Positions 11,533 through 21,733 of a stretch of 64,000 bases of DNA are shown here, in pieces (position 1 is the stretch's first letter; each line of letters starts with the position of its first letter). This DNA is from an uncultured Planctomycetota bacterium (GTDB taxonomy: Bacteria > Planctomycetota > Planctomycetia > Pirellulales > Lacipirellulaceae), in contig CAVRBU010000001.1 of the NCBI GenBank assembly GCA_963719315.1, forward strand, positions 627,558 through 691,557, written 5' to 3'. Under the pieces are notes generated by a model. That model saw nothing but the letters and a program-made list of their open reading frames with translations, did not search any database and was not told the DNA's origin. Made by a program: the position numbers and the translations under genes.

Positions 11533-13026
11533 TCACCGTGCATCATCAAACACGCCCGCACGGTACAGTGGCAGGTGGCGGTAGTACACTTCTAGTGTGT
11601 AGATCGAGAGGCAGGTCACGTACAGGCGCCCGCCGGCGTCGCCCCAACGGTCGCCTTTGGGATCCCAACTACCTCTCTCTTTCCCACGTTTTTCCTGGTG
11701 GAGCGGCAGCAACTCGCGCATCTGCTCGTTCCACGCGCGCCACGGTTTGCCTTCCATGTGGTGCAATACCTGCGTCGCGTAGTACCAGGAGTAGGCGTTG
11801 CGCTCGTCCCAAGCGGGCTTTTTGGTCAGGAGATACTTGACGCCGGCATTGAGCCGCGGATCATCGTGCGGCCAGCCCAGGTATTGGCGGCACAACAGGC
11901 CCTCGGCCGTTAGCGGCCGCGTTGCGCCGGCCCTAATCTGGTAGGCATAGCGGGATCCGTCCTCGCGCGCAACCTGGTCCAGGAAGTTCGTGATCCGTTC
12001 AAAAACGGGGCTGGGCACCTCGATGCCGCCCATTCGCGCGCTTTGCAACGCCATCACGAACCAGCCGGTGACCGACATATCGCTGTCTTCTCCGGGATTG
12101 TATCGCCAGCCCCCTTCGGGCGCTTGAATGCGAACGCAATAATCCACCGCCTTTTGGGCTGCGTCGTAGTATTCCGCGTCACCCGTCATCGCATACAGTT
12201 CGCACAGGGCGATCGTGCACTGGGCCTGCGTATAGAGTTGATGGGAAGGCGGAGCATCGCCGGCGTGAAAGAATCGACCGTCCTTATCCATCCTCCTCGA
12301 AAGCGCGCTCCAGCCGCGCCGAACGATCGGTCCGTACTCTCCTTTTGCCGAATCGCTGGCCGGCGTGTAGCCGGCCCCTTGAAACGCCAACAGAGCCATC
12401 GCCGAAGCAGATTCCGGGTTTTCCGATCCCGAACCGTCGGCATAGGGCCCTTTCAAATTCCACAACCCGTTGCGCTGTTGTTGTGCGGCGAGCCAGCGCA
12501 GGCCCAGAGCGACAGCGCCCTCCGTCTTCGCCGTGCCGCCGCCGGAAAGTAGCATGGCCTCCTTCATGCCCGGCTCACGGCCCGTGAGTGCGATGCCGAT
12601 CGCCGTCGGAGCGAGGGTCGGGCCGGTCGCGGCTGCCGGCACGGGCGTGATCTCTGCGATGTTCGGTGTGGAAAGTGGATCTTCGACGACTGGCAGGTTT
12701 TGCGCAGTTACAACGGTGTTGTCCACCTCAAACTGATTTTGCACCGTATCGAGATCATTCTCGATCGGGTCGCCTACATCGTCGCTGTAGCCGGCATCGA
12801 GCAGTAGGTCGGTTTTCATGTGGGCTTGCACGATCATCAAGCCGAAGATGATCATCACCAACATGTGAACAACCGCGCTCACCAGCCACGGCGGCGACTC
12901 GCGAACCATCGTGCCGAGGTCAATTAGCTGCGGTTCGGCGGCGTCGGCGGGCGTGGACTCGGCGCGAACGGAGGCGATCGCCGTCCCCACGTTTATCGCG
13001 GGCGGTCGTGACGGAAAGTCGACCAT
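11533..13026 (-). CDS. Membrane-anchored prenyltransferase/squalene-oxidase repeat protein (planctomycete type)
   Basis: N-terminal WLVSAVVH TM; GLRWLAAQQ..NG.W, Q..EGGWRY, DMSVTGW..MALQSA and LEVYYRHLPLY motifs. Confidence 0.85.
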   Translation of the reverse strand: MVDFPSRPPAINVGTAIASVRAESTPADAAEPQLIDLGTMVRESPPWLVSAVVHMLVMIIFGLMIVQAHMKTDLLLDAGYSDDVGDPIENDLDTVQNQFEVDNTVVTAQNLPVVEDPLSTPNIAEITPVPAAATGPTLAPTAIGIALTGREPGMKEAMLLSGGGTAKTEGAVALGLRWLAAQQQRNGLWNLKGPYADGSGSENPESASAMALLAFQGAGYTPASDSAKGEYGPIVRRGWSALSRRMDKDGRFFHAGDAPPSHQLYTQAQCTIALCELYAMTGDAEYYDAAQKAVDYCVRIQAPEGGWRYNPGEDSDMSVTGWFVMALQSARMGGIEVPSPVFERITNFLDQVAREDGSRYAYQIRAGATRPLTAEGLLCRQYLGWPHDDPRLNAGVKYLLTKKPAWDERNAYSWYYATQVLHHMEGKPWRAWNEQMRELLPLHQEKRGKERGSWDPKGDRWGDAGGRLYVTCLSIYTLEVYYRHLPLYRAGVFDDAR

Positions 13027-13183
13027 AGCACGAGTTTCTCTGTTCCTACCCGCCGGATTGGCCGCGAGCGCTTCAAACGGGTCTTAATACCAGCATAAAC
13101 TGCAGACTCAATTAAATCTATCGGCGACGCCCAAGGCCGGCAAGGAAAGCGGTACGACACCCAGGGCCTTTCACATTTCCGCG

Positions 13184-13390
13184 CTACTGGTCTGTCGTCG
13201 CTTTGCAACTAGGGGATAGCATACCGCCTTCTGGTTTTTCACAGGAGGCGAGTAAATGAACTGCAACACGAAGTTTGTGGTGCGGTTGACTGGGGAAGAA
13301 CGGGCAGAATTAACGGCGGTGGTGGGGCGAGGCGAGGTGGCGACGGGCAAGCGTCGCCGAGCACAGGTGCTGCTCAATGCGGACGGCGGA
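13184..13390 (+). mobile_element. Truncated IS630 remnant (left end plus first ~45 codons), inverted relative to the intact copy
   Basis: CTACTGGTCTGTC end, AGGAGG RBS, and MNCNTKFVVRLTGEERAELTAVVGRGEVATGKRRRAQVLLNADG, similar to orfA at 11086. Confidence 0.85.
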
Positions 13391-13672
13391 GAAGATGATC
13401 GCCTTCCTAGCGAGCTTTCGAAATGAGTGCAAAAACTGGGGTTCAAACCTCTAACCTCCATCCGTTATTGCAATAATCGGTTATGCTAGGTTCATAGAAG
13501 TAGGAGAACGGCAATGTCCAATGCCAAGAGGAAAGATTCATGTTTTCGGCCAGCGAAGACCCAGAGGGCTTCTAGTTGGCTGGCGGAAAAATGGACCAGA
13601 CCTCGACTCTGCAGTTCTCTCGACAAGTGCAGTTACCACCTTTGATTCCATTCTAAGTTGTTGTCTTTTGTC

Positions 13673-15328
13673 ATGAAGCGACCCAAATCCTCTCGGCGGG
13701 AATTCCTTCGGAATGGCTCGGCGGCTCTAACGATCGGTTGCACGCTGAAACCGTTCGGCGACTGGGCTTTCGCGGCTCCCCCTGCCGGCAATCAAGTCCC
13801 CAGCAGTTTCAACCAGGCAATCGCTTGTTCGCGCCGTGAAGCGGCCGAGGCGGCGCGCGAGGTTTTGCAGCAAGGCGGCAACGCCATCGACGCGGCCGTC
13901 GCCGCGCTGCTGGTGCTGTTCGTCGTCGAGCCTTCGAAAGTTGGGCTTGGAGGTTATGGCGGTAGCCTGGTTGTTTATCGTGCTCAGTCGAACCGAGTGC
14001 ATGCGATCGACTCCGACTCCCGCGCTCCTCGCAAGTTCGACTCGGCCACATTCAACGAGGCGGCCGCCACGCACGGGTATCTAGCCGTCGGCGTGCCGGG
14101 CAACGTCGCGGGACTTGATCTCGCCCTGCGAGAACACGGAACGTTGCCGTTCAAAACCCTGGCCAAGCACTCTGTGTCGCTGGCGGAAAATGGCGTCATC
14201 GTCACGCCACAAATGGCCGCGTCCTTCAACTCACTGCAGAAAAACCTCGATCCCGCCTCGCGTCGCGCATACTTTCCCAACGGCGTGCCCGCTGCTGGCG
14301 CTCCCTGGATTCAGGCGGATTTGGCGCGGTTGATCCGCCGCTTGGGCGAGGAAGGTCCTGCCTGCTTTTACAACAGCGACATCGCCGCCACGATCTCGAA
14401 GCAGGTGCAGGCGGGCGGCGGCGTGCTGGCCGTGAAAGATTTCCACGATTTCCACGCTACGGTCGTCGAACCGCTCCAGATCAACTACCGCGGATATGTT
14501 TTGTATACGCCACCGCTGCCTTCCGGCGGGCTGACTTCGCTGAGCATACTCAAAACGCTGGAGCAGTTTGACCTCTCGAAACTAACTCCCTGGGGTGCGC
14601 AATACATCGAATTGTTTACCGGGGCATCCAATCTCGCCTGGGAAGAGCGCTTCCAATACTTCGGCGATCCCGACTTCGTGAAGGTGCCCGTCGCGGAATT
14701 GCTCTCCGAGAAGCGCGCTGTCGAACGGGCAGAAAAGCTTCGCCGGGGCATGACTAGCGTAAAACCGCAGCCGGCCGAGGAATCGCACACCGTGAATGTC
14801 GTGATCTGCGACAAGGATCAAAACCTCGTCTCCTGGACGGCAACGCACGGGGCCGATTACGGTGCGCAAGTGGCAATCGAGGGACTAGGGCTGATGCTCG
14901 GCCACGGGATGTCGCGGTTCGCCTTCAACAGTCCCGATCCCAACTACCCAGTCGGTGGCAAGCGACCGCAGCACAACATGTCGCCCCTGTTAGCTCTCAG
15001 CGGCGGCAAACCTTACGCCGGTCTCGGCCTGCCCGGCGGACGCCGAATCGTGACGGTGACTGCCCAATTGGCGGTGAGCTTGATTGATTTCAAGGGTACG
15101 CCTAAACAAGTGGTATCCGCACCGCGAATTCACACGGAGGGTGCGGAGCCGATCCAAGTCACCGCCGATCTGCCCCGAAACGTCGTCGAGGAACTTCGGC
15201 GGGACGGTCATCGCGTCGACATTCAGGCGACCTTGGGGGCCGATGCGAATGCGGTCGTCGTCGACCCAAAGACGAGGCACGTCGCGGCTGCGGCCAGCGG
15301 ACGGTCAACTGGCGTGCTGGTATTTTAG
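13673..15328 (+). CDS. ggt: Tat-exported gamma-glutamyltransferase-family Ntn hydrolase
   Basis: SRREFL Tat motif; GGNAIDAAVAA, GLGGYGG, PPLPSGG, SHTVN nucleophile region and PGGRRI. Confidence 0.88.
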   Translation: MKRPKSSRREFLRNGSAALTIGCTLKPFGDWAFAAPPAGNQVPSSFNQAIACSRREAAEAAREVLQQGGNAIDAAVAALLVLFVVEPSKVGLGGYGGSLVVYRAQSNRVHAIDSDSRAPRKFDSATFNEAAATHGYLAVGVPGNVAGLDLALREHGTLPFKTLAKHSVSLAENGVIVTPQMAASFNSLQKNLDPASRRAYFPNGVPAAGAPWIQADLARLIRRLGEEGPACFYNSDIAATISKQVQAGGGVLAVKDFHDFHATVVEPLQINYRGYVLYTPPLPSGGLTSLSILKTLEQFDLSKLTPWGAQYIELFTGASNLAWEERFQYFGDPDFVKVPVAELLSEKRAVERAEKLRRGMTSVKPQPAEESHTVNVVICDKDQNLVSWTATHGADYGAQVAIEGLGLMLGHGMSRFAFNSPDPNYPVGGKRPQHNMSPLLALSGGKPYAGLGLPGGRRIVTVTAQLAVSLIDFKGTPKQVVSAPRIHTEGAEPIQVTADLPRNVVEELRRDGHRVDIQATLGADANAVVVDPKTRHVAAAASGRSTGVLVF

Positions 15329-15344
15329 CGGAAGCGAAATCGTC

Positions 15345-16577
15345 GTGTCTGCGATCATTCCAGAAAGTGTGGAGCAGAGTGAACTCTCCGCGACCACGCG
15401 CCTGCTGTCGATCGACACCTATCGCGGTCTGGTCATGTTGTTGATGGTTTCCGAAGGCTTTGGCCTAACGGAGGTTGCCGGCCATTTTCCAGGCAACCGA
15501 TTCTGGCAAATGATGGCCCGGCATTCCGATCATGTTCTCTGGCAGGGTTGCACGTTGTGGGATCTTATCATGCCGGCGTTCCTATTTATTGTGGGCGTCG
15601 CGGTACCCTTTTCGATTGCCAACCGCCGGCGACGCGGACAAAGCGACTTGCGACTTTTCGCGCACGCCGTGTGGCGATCGCTATTGCTGGTCTTGCTGGG
15701 CATTTTCATCGTGTCGAACGGGCAGCCTCAAACGAATTATTCTTTCATCAACGTGCTCGCGCAGATCGGGCTGGGTTACTCGTTCGTGTTTTTGATGGCC
15801 GAGCGGCCTCTTCGCGTATTGGCGCCGGTCTCCATTGCCATCCTGATTGGATACGGCTATTGGTTCTATTGCTACCCGCTGCCGGACCCGTCGTTTGACT
15901 ATGCTTCGATCGGCGTGCCGCAGGGTTGGCAACATCTGGAAGGAATCGCCGCCCATTGGGATCTGAACACCAACCCGGCGGCCGCATTTGATCGCTGGCT
16001 CCTCAATCTGTTCCCACGAAGCGAGCCGTTTCGCTTCCGAGTTGGTGGCGGCACGACGCTGAACTTCATACCCTCCATCGTTACGATGCTGCTCGGCGTG
16101 ATGGCTGGGCAGTGGCTCCGCAGCGGGCGCGATGAATCGTACAAAGTGCGCGTGCTGCTTGGAGCCGGCGCTCTGCTCTTGCTGGCCGGGATCGCGCTCG
16201 ACCCGGCTATCTTGCCCTGCATCAATTCGACTCGCTGGACGATCTGCCCCATCGTCAAACGAATCTGGACACCATCCTACGTGCTCTACAGTGGAGGCTG
16301 GGTGATGCTGGCCGCCGCGTTGCTGTACTGGCTCATCGACGTACGCCGCCTGAGACGCTGGACATTCCCGTTCGTGGTGGTCGGCATGAACTCGCTCGTA
16401 ATGTACCTGCTGGCAGCCCTTACCGCAGGCTGGCTCCGCCACGCGCTGCGCATTCATTTAGGATCGTTGCCATTCGACTGGACGTTTGGGCCGATCGTCG
16501 AATCGATCTGCGTTCTAGTGATTTTCTGGCTCGTATGCCTGTGGTTGTACCGTAAACGTGTATTCGTTCGTATCTAA
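15345..16577 (+). CDS. DUF5009/HGSNAT(NagX)-like membrane acyltransferase
   Basis: RLLSIDTYRG, WDLIMPAFLFIVG, PIVKRIWTPS and VVGMNS motifs; multiple TM segments. Confidence 0.8.
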   Translation: MSAIIPESVEQSELSATTRLLSIDTYRGLVMLLMVSEGFGLTEVAGHFPGNRFWQMMARHSDHVLWQGCTLWDLIMPAFLFIVGVAVPFSIANRRRRGQSDLRLFAHAVWRSLLLVLLGIFIVSNGQPQTNYSFINVLAQIGLGYSFVFLMAERPLRVLAPVSIAILIGYGYWFYCYPLPDPSFDYASIGVPQGWQHLEGIAAHWDLNTNPAAAFDRWLLNLFPRSEPFRFRVGGGTTLNFIPSIVTMLLGVMAGQWLRSGRDESYKVRVLLGAGALLLLAGIALDPAILPCINSTRWTICPIVKRIWTPSYVLYSGGWVMLAAALLYWLIDVRRLRRWTFPFVVVGMNSLVMYLLAALTAGWLRHALRIHLGSLPFDWTFGPIVESICVLVIFWLVCLWLYRKRVFVRI

Positions 16578-16887
16578 TGCTGAAGGGAAGGTGGCGCGGT
16601 AATTCAGCTAAACGGCCAAGAAACGGTGGTATCTCTGGAATTTAGCTCTTGGTCGGACATTGTTGCGCCAAGTATTGAATGGCCAGTAAACGTTGCTGAA
16701 ATCTCGCAGTCAATGTGGTAACGTGGCTCGTGGCCGAGGATGTAGGATAGAAGGAACATAGACCAAGTTTCTTAAAGCTTTACTGAAGAAAGATAGGCGG
16801 AATCCAGCTTCCCATTGCCGGCTTTTGACGATGCTTGAAATGTCCAATCTCCACTCGTTTTTGGAACACCGCGCGCACGCCGCCATA

Positions 16888-19229
16888 ATGCTTTTCCGTG
16901 CAATTCGCTGCGCCTGCCTTCCAGCACCGAGGCTCTTCGGAATAAGAAAACGCGTTCATCTCACCGCACTATTCGTCCTTGGCCTGATTGTTACAACCCT
17001 CGGCGCACGTGCGGAACCGACCCCTGAGAATCGCGGACCTCTATCCGTTAAGCGCGATCTGCCATCGGTTCAACAAATGATCGAAGCGCGAACGGACGTT
17101 TGGGGTGATGCGGCACGCGAGCAGCCGAATGGGGCCAGCTACGAATTCTTTGCCAATTTGCTCCCGCCGCTGCGCTGGGTCAACACAGACTTCCGTCACT
17201 ACCCACTCGTGTTGAGCGCCCGCGCAGTGCGCAAAAGACGCGGCTGGTGTCGAATGGCAGCGGCGTGAACGCGATAGCAAACAAGCCGCCTATGTGGTAT
17301 GAGCAGGGCGTCCCGATCACATTTTTCGTCGGTGAATCGCCCGAGCGGTACGGCGAAGACCTCTCCCGGCTGGAGGGACCCAGTTATCTCGACGGTTATC
17401 TTCCAGTCGTCTCGTTGAAGTACCGGCATCAGGGCGCTACTTACCTGGAAGAGGTGTTTTCCCCGGTCGATGAGGTGTCGGCCGCGCACGGCGCCGCCAT
17501 GGTGCGCTTTTCAATTGACGAGGGCCATGGCCAAATTGAAGCACGACTCGATTCACAACCGTCGCTTCGAACTGCGAATGGCAAGGTACTCGATGAGAAG
17601 GGTGACGTCCTCGTCGCCTACAGTTCGGCATGGCAATGGGATGCCAATCACAAATCGCTGGTCGCACACCTTAATACCGACCAGACCGCCGAGCTCGCGG
17701 TCTACACGAAGCCATCCGCCTCGGGCGCGCTTTCGGCAGCGATCTCGAGCGCAACATTCGATGCTCGAAAACAAGACTGCATTGAGACGTGGCGGGAGAT
17801 GCTGGCTCACAGTATCGACCTGATAACTCCGGAACAGATCGTCAATGACGCCTGGCGGGCCATGCTCATAGGAAACTTCATGGTGGCGGTGGGCGATCGG
17901 CTAAATTACAGCGCCGGCAATGCGTATGCCAAGCTGTACGAGGGCGAGTGTGGCGACACGCTCCGCTCGCTTATGTTGTTCGGGCACCTCGAGACAGCGC
18001 GGGCGATGCTCAAACCGCTGCTCGAATTCGATCGCCAGGCGACGCGGTTCCACGTCGCGGGCCACAAATTACAGCTTCTTGCGTACTACTACTGGCTGAC
18101 TCGCGACGCGGACACGATCCGCGATTATGAACCGTTGTGGCGACCGTCAGTCGAGCTAATCCTTACAAGTCGCGAGCCTGAAACCGGGCTGCTACCCAAG
18201 GACAATTATGCCGGCGACATCGCCCAACAGGTCTATTCGCTCAACTCGAATGCCAATTGCTGGCGCGGGCTTCGCGACGTGGCCGCTATGTTGGACGAGA
18301 TGGGAACAAAGGATGAAGCGAAACAACTCGGGAAAGTGGCCGCGGAATATCGCCAGGCGATTTTGGACGCAGTCGTCCGCAGCGAACGCCGCGACACCGT
18401 ACCGCCCTTTATTCCCGTCGCACTACTCTCGGACGAACCGGCCCACGATCCGCTGACTGCCACTCGGATGGGCAGCTACTATGATCTGATTGCGCCCTAT
18501 GTGATCGGTTCCGAGATTTTTGGACACGGCTCGGACCGCGAGGATTGGCTGTTGAGCTACCTTCAACAGCACGGCGCGATTTCAATGGGCATGATTCGCA
18601 CGACGCCACACCAGGGACAGTTCAAAGATGAGCCAGGCGTCAATCCACTCTATGGCCTGCGTTATCAGCTTGCTTTGCTTCGCCGCGACGAACGAGAACG
18701 GGCACTGGTCGGATTCTACGGGCAGCTCGCGCAGGGAATGACCCGCGGCACTTTTATCGGCGGCGAGGGCTCGCGCTTCGTGCATGGAGACGCCAACGGC
18801 AGGTCGTTTTATTTGCCTCCCAACAGTAGCAGCAACGCCGCCTGGTTGCTGACTCTGCGCTATCTCCTGATTCAAGATTGGGATCTGGATGAAAATGGCA
18901 AGCCGGACACGCTGCGACTGCTGTTTGCGGCCCCGCGGCGTTGGCTCTCCGACGGCCAGAAGATTCGCATTGAAAACGCGCCCACAATGTTCGGCAACGC
19001 ATCCTTGAACGTTGAATCGAAACTTAGCACCGGCTATGTCGAGGTTCAAGTCACGCCTCCGCCACGCCCCGTTAAGACGGTTTTGCTTCGTGCGCCGCTG
19101 CCCATGGGATGGCACGTCGAGTCCGTCGAGATCGACGGGGCGAGTGCCCCGCTCGTGGACGGAGACGTTGTGGACTTAACCGGTCGGACCAAGCCGCTGA
19201 AGGTGAGGTTTACAGTAAAGGCCTCTTGA
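16888..19229 (+). CDS. Secreted six-hairpin glycosidase-like protein, frameshift at ~17219
   Basis: Signal-like N-terminus; adding one C to a C-run joins ORFs 16825 and 17247 (LSAPRSAQKTRLVSNGSG); (alpha/alpha)6-like region and L.L.FA.PR.W..G tail. Confidence 0.6.
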
Positions 19230-19311
19230 TTCGAAGCAAACCGGCCATATGTTAAGAAACCACATCTAGACAATCAATGGACAAGGTAAAAAAGGAGTGG
19301 AAGCCTAAGAG

Positions 19312-20310
19312 ATGTTGAGAATCGTTCAACTATCCCATTCAGACCATGGCCGGCGAGTGGCAGTTGTGGAAGAGCCCAGGCTGCGACTGTTAAAAGACTG
19401 CTCTTCACTCTATGAGGTTACTCAATCGGCGATCGAATCGATCCACATTTTGCACGATAGCATCGAACGACTCGTTTCCGGCGAGCAGCTCGATTATGAC
19501 GAGGTGTATGAAGGCCGATCGGAGTGGCGTCTTACGTCGCCGATCGATCATCCGGAACCGAGCCGGTGCTATGTGACGGGCACGGGACTGACGCACAAGG
19601 CAAGCGCGGATAACCGCCAGTCGATGCACGTTTCGGCACACTCCGAACTGACCGACAGCATGAAGGTATTTCAGTTGGGACTGGAAGGGGGCCGGCCCGG
19701 CCCCGGTTGTATCGGCGCGGCGCCGGAGTGGTTTTACAAGGGCGTGGGGACAATCGTTCGCGCACACAACGAGCCGCTCGACGTACCATCTCACGCACTC
19801 GACGGCGGAGAAGAAGCTGAAATTGCAGGCGTTTATCTGATCGGAGCGGACGGTACGCCGTACCGCATTGGGTTCACTCAGGGAAATGAGTTCTCCGATC
19901 ATCTGCTAGAGGCCATCAATTACCTCTATCTGGCTCCTTCGAAATTACGCGACTGCTCGCTTGGGCCCGAACTGGTGATCGATCCAAAGTTTGACGATGT
20001 GCCGGGACGCTCGACAATCGAACGCGACGGACAGGAAATCTGGCAGGCCCCGCAGGCGAGCGGCGAGCGGTGGATGTGCCATTCGCTGGCCAATCTCGAA
20101 CATCATCACTTCAAGCACGACGAGCACCGCCGGCCGGGGGATTTGCACGTGCATTTTTTCGGCGCGGACACGTTCAGCTTCAAAGATCGGTTGCGGCTGG
20201 AAAATGGAGACGTGATGTCGATATCGTTTAAAGGCTTTGGCCGGCCATTGCGGAATCCGTTGCGGATCGACCGTTCGGAACAGAAGCTTGTTGTCGTTAA
20301 TCCATTGTGA
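19312..20310 (+). CDS. araD1: AraD1/GguC-family (FAH superfamily) sugar-acid dehydratase-like protein
   Basis: GTGLTH..SA, PEWFYKG, GGEEAEIAG, GNEFSDH..E..NYLYLA.SKLR and HFFG motifs. Confidence 0.85.
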   Translation: MLRIVQLSHSDHGRRVAVVEEPRLRLLKDCSSLYEVTQSAIESIHILHDSIERLVSGEQLDYDEVYEGRSEWRLTSPIDHPEPSRCYVTGTGLTHKASADNRQSMHVSAHSELTDSMKVFQLGLEGGRPGPGCIGAAPEWFYKGVGTIVRAHNEPLDVPSHALDGGEEAEIAGVYLIGADGTPYRIGFTQGNEFSDHLLEAINYLYLAPSKLRDCSLGPELVIDPKFDDVPGRSTIERDGQEIWQAPQASGERWMCHSLANLEHHHFKHDEHRRPGDLHVHFFGADTFSFKDRLRLENGDVMSISFKGFGRPLRNPLRIDRSEQKLVVVNPL

Positions 20311-20350
20311 CAATTGACATTGCAAAACCGAATGTAAGTGAGGTGAATCG

Positions 20351-21052
20351 ATGGACGCGCTTAGTAGCGTAGGCATTCTGACGTTCGATGCTCTGGGAAC
20401 GATCTTGGACCTGGGCAAAAGCCACGCGCCGCGCCTGAGTGCGTACTTGAAGAGCATCGGCTCCGATATGAAGGCTGAGGATTTGTATGCCCAGTGGCGT
20501 TTCCGGCAGCGCATCGAGCAATATCAAGACAATCAGTTCTTCACGGGCCACTTCGGTTACTTGGATTCCTCGCGCCGTGCGTTGATTTACACGTTGCGTG
20601 CCAAGAAGCTGCCGTTTGACGAGGCGGACATTAACCGCATTATGGAGGGCTGGCAGGAGCTCGTCCCCTTCCCCGATTCGGTATCCGGTTTCGAGCGACT
20701 GCGGAGCAAGTTCAAGCTCGTAGTGCTGTCCAACGGCGAGAACAACTTCCTGGCCCACTTGGTCAAGAATCGCATTCAATTTGACTTCGAAGCAGTGATT
20801 TCGGTCGAGGACGTGGGAGTGTTCAAGCCGAATCCGCAGGTGTACCGCTATGCGGCCCGCTTGTTAAAGGCAGAGCCTTGCGAATTGATGATGGTCTCGG
20901 CTCACAGTTTCGATGTCGTGGGAGCACGCGCTTCCGGCTATCGAGGCGCCTATGTGAATCGATACGATCTGCCTTATGACGAGACGCCTTTTCGGTTTGA
21001 TGTAGAGGCCCGCGATTTTCTAGACTTGGCGAATAAGCTGAGGTGCAAATAA
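20351..21052 (+). CDS. Haloacid dehalogenase type II family hydrolase
   Basis: FDALGT, LSNG, FKPNPQVY and VSAHSFDVVGA motifs. Confidence 0.88.
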   Translation: MDALSSVGILTFDALGTILDLGKSHAPRLSAYLKSIGSDMKAEDLYAQWRFRQRIEQYQDNQFFTGHFGYLDSSRRALIYTLRAKKLPFDEADINRIMEGWQELVPFPDSVSGFERLRSKFKLVVLSNGENNFLAHLVKNRIQFDFEAVISVEDVGVFKPNPQVYRYAARLLKAEPCELMMVSAHSFDVVGARASGYRGAYVNRYDLPYDETPFRFDVEARDFLDLANKLRCK

Positions 21053-21147
21053 AACGCCCTGCAGGACGAATTAGCAACGGATGTGAGCAAACTATTAGGT
21101 GAGCATGTACCAATGACTCGCCGACTATCAACTCACCTACACGTGGC

Positions 21148-21618
21148 ATGAATCCCTTTGATCGCCAATCCGATTCTGATCGCTATGAGATCTGGCAACG
21201 GCTCGTCGCGGTCGACAGCGAGGCGTTTGCAATCGGCGATTGGTCGATGATCGAGAATGATTTCGAGGCAGAAGCGTTCGAGGGAGTACAGTGTTTCCAT
21301 TCAATGAATCCGGACGACTGGAAAATCATGTTTCCGGACCTGGCCAGCTATCGTGACTCGTGGCTAGCCGCGTCCGAGCAGTTTCGGACCAAGACGTTTG
21401 CCAAACTTTCTCAACTCGAGGCATTAGTGGCCCGAACGCATTTGAACGAGATTGACATCCAGGGAGATCGAGCGCTGGCAAACAAGAAATTCTTCGGCGA
21501 AGTCGAATTGGCAGATGGGTCTCGGCTGGCGGACCGGCGGCAGACGATTTACCGTCTTCGTAAACGAGAGGCATGGAAAATTGTCGGCTTTTTTGGGCAG
21601 TTGCCCCTCGTGGGTTGA
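21148..21618 (+). CDS. SnoaL/NTF2-like hypothetical protein
   Basis: 156 aa; IDIQGDRALANKKF and WKIVGF.G pattern typical of NTF2-like folds. Confidence 0.6.
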   Translation: MNPFDRQSDSDRYEIWQRLVAVDSEAFAIGDWSMIENDFEAEAFEGVQCFHSMNPDDWKIMFPDLASYRDSWLAASEQFRTKTFAKLSQLEALVARTHLNEIDIQGDRALANKKFFGEVELADGSRLADRRQTIYRLRKREAWKIVGFFGQLPLVG

Positions 21619-21733
21619 TCCACTGAATTATTGTAGTCTTGTAGCGGCGAGAATATCTTAGTCGACCGCACAATTGACTTCATTTACGATGTGAACAAAT
21701 GGTGTGATTTCGAGCGATTGGATGTCAGACGCA

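Noticed and set aside
11533..13026. Squalene-hopene cyclase or terpene cluster
   Set aside because: No DXDD catalytic motif; it fits the planctomycete membrane-anchored prenyltransferase-repeat family instead.
13436..13465. GGGGTTCAAACC as a tRNA T-arm or att site
   Set aside because: No cloverleaf or acceptor stem can be built around it.
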